A DNA stretch of 64,000 nucleotides from Chloropicon primus (lineage: Eukaryota). Location: contig CP060754.1 in assembly GCA_023205875.1 (NCBI GenBank), forward strand, positions 1,612,001 to 1,676,000. The letters run 5' to 3'. The notes beneath the pieces are model-generated. The model ran no database searches and had not been told where the DNA came from. It saw only the letters and a list, made by a program, of their open reading frames with translations. A program made the position numbers and the translations under genes. Every line of letters begins with the position of its first letter. Position 1 is the first letter of the stretch. Shown piece by piece: positions 62,197 through 64,000 of this stretch.

Positions 62197-63422
62197 ATGA
62201 TGAGGATGATGATGAAGGCAGCTGTTGCAAGGGCGAGGAGGGAAGGTGGTGGAGGTCTGGAGCTCAAGGTGGAGTCCGTGCCTCGACCGGTGCCGGACCA
62301 CGCTAAGGATGAGGCGCTTGTGAAGGTCACGCGGGCAGGAGTGTGCAACACGGACTTGGAGATCATGAGAGGCTACATGGGCTTTGAGGGTATCCTGGGC
62401 CACGAGTTCGTGGGCGTCGTGGAGGATGCGCCCCCCGGGAGGCGAGAGGAGTTCCTTGGCAAGCGGGTGTGCGCTGACATCAACGTGACTTGCGACGACG
62501 GGGGGGTCTGCGGTGTTTGCTGCATCAAGGAGGAGGGACACGAGCTGGTGGCGAGGCGGAGAAGGAACCACTGTCCGCGTCGGACTGTGATGGGGATCTT
62601 GGGGAGAAGCGGTTGGTAAGCGCGCCCAGTGCTTGGATCGAGAAATGTTCTTCCGCAGTCTGACTCTTGTGTCCCGTATCTCGTCTTCTTAGCTTTGCGG
62701 AGTACATCGTTCTGCCCTGCAGGAACCTCCACGTCGTGGACGACAACGTCTCGAACGAGGAGGCCTGCTTCAGCGAGCCTCTCGCAGCCGCGCTGAGGAT
62801 TGTCGAGCAGCAACTCGCCTCATGCGCTGATGAGAGGGTCGCCGTCCTGGGGGACGGTAAGTTGGGCCTGCTCATCGCAGCCGCACTCGTGACCTCCTTG
62901 AGGCAGCAAAAGCGGGGGATGTCCGGGGCGGGGACGAAGGTCTTCGTGTTCGGGAGGCACAGGAAGAAGCTCCAGATGCTGCAAACGCTGTCGACGGGCG
63001 GCGGTGGAGTGGAAGTTGAGCTCGTAGACACCAGCACTCCCGAGGGTCAGTCGACCTTGACCGATGCTGCGGCCTCAATGGACTGCGTGGTGGAGGCAAC
63101 AGGAAGCCCCAACGGTTTCGACCAGGCATGCGGTCTCCTCCACCCCCTCGGCACGCTTGTCCTGAAAAGCACGTGCGCGGCTGGTGTAGAGAAAGGATTG
63201 AACTTGGCAATGATCGTTATTGACGAGCTCAGGGTCGTGGGAAGTCGCTGCGGGCCAACTGATTTGGCTCTGAAGGTCCTCGCCGACCAGGGCCCCTTAG
63301 GTTTTAAGCACACCTTCCCTCTTGGGGAGCTCGTGGAGGCCGTGTACAAGCTGGACGACATCCAGGAGGCATTCGAGAAGGCGGGGGAGCGGGGAAGCTT
63401 GAAGGTCGTTGTAGAAATGTAA
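62197..63422 (+). CDS. Zinc-dependent medium-chain dehydrogenase (threonine dehydrogenase-like); intron 62616-62692
   Basis: GVCNTD, GHEFVG, C..CGVC...NHC, GC|FAEY, EPLAAA, GDGKLG, VVGSRCGP. Confidence 0.9.
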
Positions 63423-63451
63423 TCAAATGATTTGTGTTGTACAAGAAGAGC

Positions 63452-64000
63452 TCAACTGGTGGCGATAGGGTTACAATTGATGTTGTGGATGTTTGCCTCC
63501 TTCTGCTGGAACTCCTTATGGGAGCACAGAGAGGCCGAGGCGAACTCCACCAAGTACTGACAGCTGCTCGTCTCCGTCACGGTCTTCAGGGAGTCCTTCT
63601 GCGTTGGCGAGCAAGAAAAATTCACGATAGTCTTCCTGTTCATCCCCGTCAAGTCGCACTTTGTTCCCTCGTCATAGACGAATTGCAGCGTCCTTTGGCC
63701 CTTCTTCATGAAGGACTCCATGGTCCTGTTCGCGTTGAAGGTGCCCAAGTTGTAGCTGCTCAAGATGACGTTGTGCTCGGAGTGGTACTGCCTGATGTGA
63801 GTGAGGGGGCAAAGCTCGTACGTCCACCAGCCATCGGCCTTCTTGTGGCAGTCGTTCACGGTGGCATCCCCAAGAAGGTTGCGCACCCGCTTCTCGAAGG
63901 CGGCCTCCGCGTCCACGACTTCGTCGTCCTCTTCTGGTGTGCCGTCGTCCTCGCCCTCGTCCGCCGGCGCCTCGACCTGCTGGACGACCGGAACGCGGCA
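63452..64000 (-). CDS. OS-9 / PRKCSH-like ER lectin (MRH domain), 5' part outside the window
   Basis: CHKKADGWWTYELC...IRQYH, YDEGTKCDLTGMNRKTIVNFSC, ETSSCQY, LCSH, INC. Confidence 0.85.
   Translation of the reverse strand, partial: CRVPVVQQVEAPADEGEDDGTPEEDDEVVDAEAAFEKRVRNLLGDATVNDCHKKADGWWTYELCPLTHIRQYHSEHNVILSSYNLGTFNANRTMESFMKKGQRTLQFVYDEGTKCDLTGMNRKTIVNFSCSPTQKDSLKTVTETSSCQYLVEFASASLCSHKEFQQKEANIHNINCNPIATS

Noticed and set aside
57528..64000. Functional clustering (RHL1 with the AP endonuclease; OTU with OS-9; CCDC103 near NudC)
   Set aside because: No evidence beyond adjacency, which is expected by chance in a gene-dense genome.

Overview
Gene-dense eukaryotic nuclear DNA with about 39 protein-coding genes in 64 kb. 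It has high GC3, few short GT-AG introns with CTGAC branch points, many (GA)n/(CA)n microsatellites, TGTAA motifs near gene ends and many plastid-type N-terminal extensions. Together these suggest a compact chlorophyte picoalga; a Chloropicon-like identity is my inference, not a database result. Most genes are housekeeping: RPS4, RPS27, FTR catalytic subunit, RPN8, PBA1, MnmE, NMT, NudC, PyrR, misato, RHL1, AP endonuclease and OS-9. Standout observations: (1) the RNA polymerase III second-largest subunit (RPC2) carries a 357-aa LAGLIDADG homing-endonuclease intein at [12 protein letters not shown] (29154-30224) with foreign arginine codon usage; (2) a ~335-nt non-coding segment (33452-33785) forms seven nested helices and contains a telomere-type template ACCTAAACCT plus a possible pseudoknot, making it a candidate telomerase RNA that abuts a myosin start codon; (3) a spliced minus-strand non-coding locus may host an H/ACA snoRNA (16.27-16.55 kb); (4) several proteins look unusual for green algae: a fused LeuC-LeuD, a MyTH4 myosin, an NPL4-type UBL on an OTU deubiquitinase, a copine/U-box protein, a degenerate SurE and a GT29 sialyltransferase. 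All assignments come from reading motifs by eye; no searches or folding programs were run.
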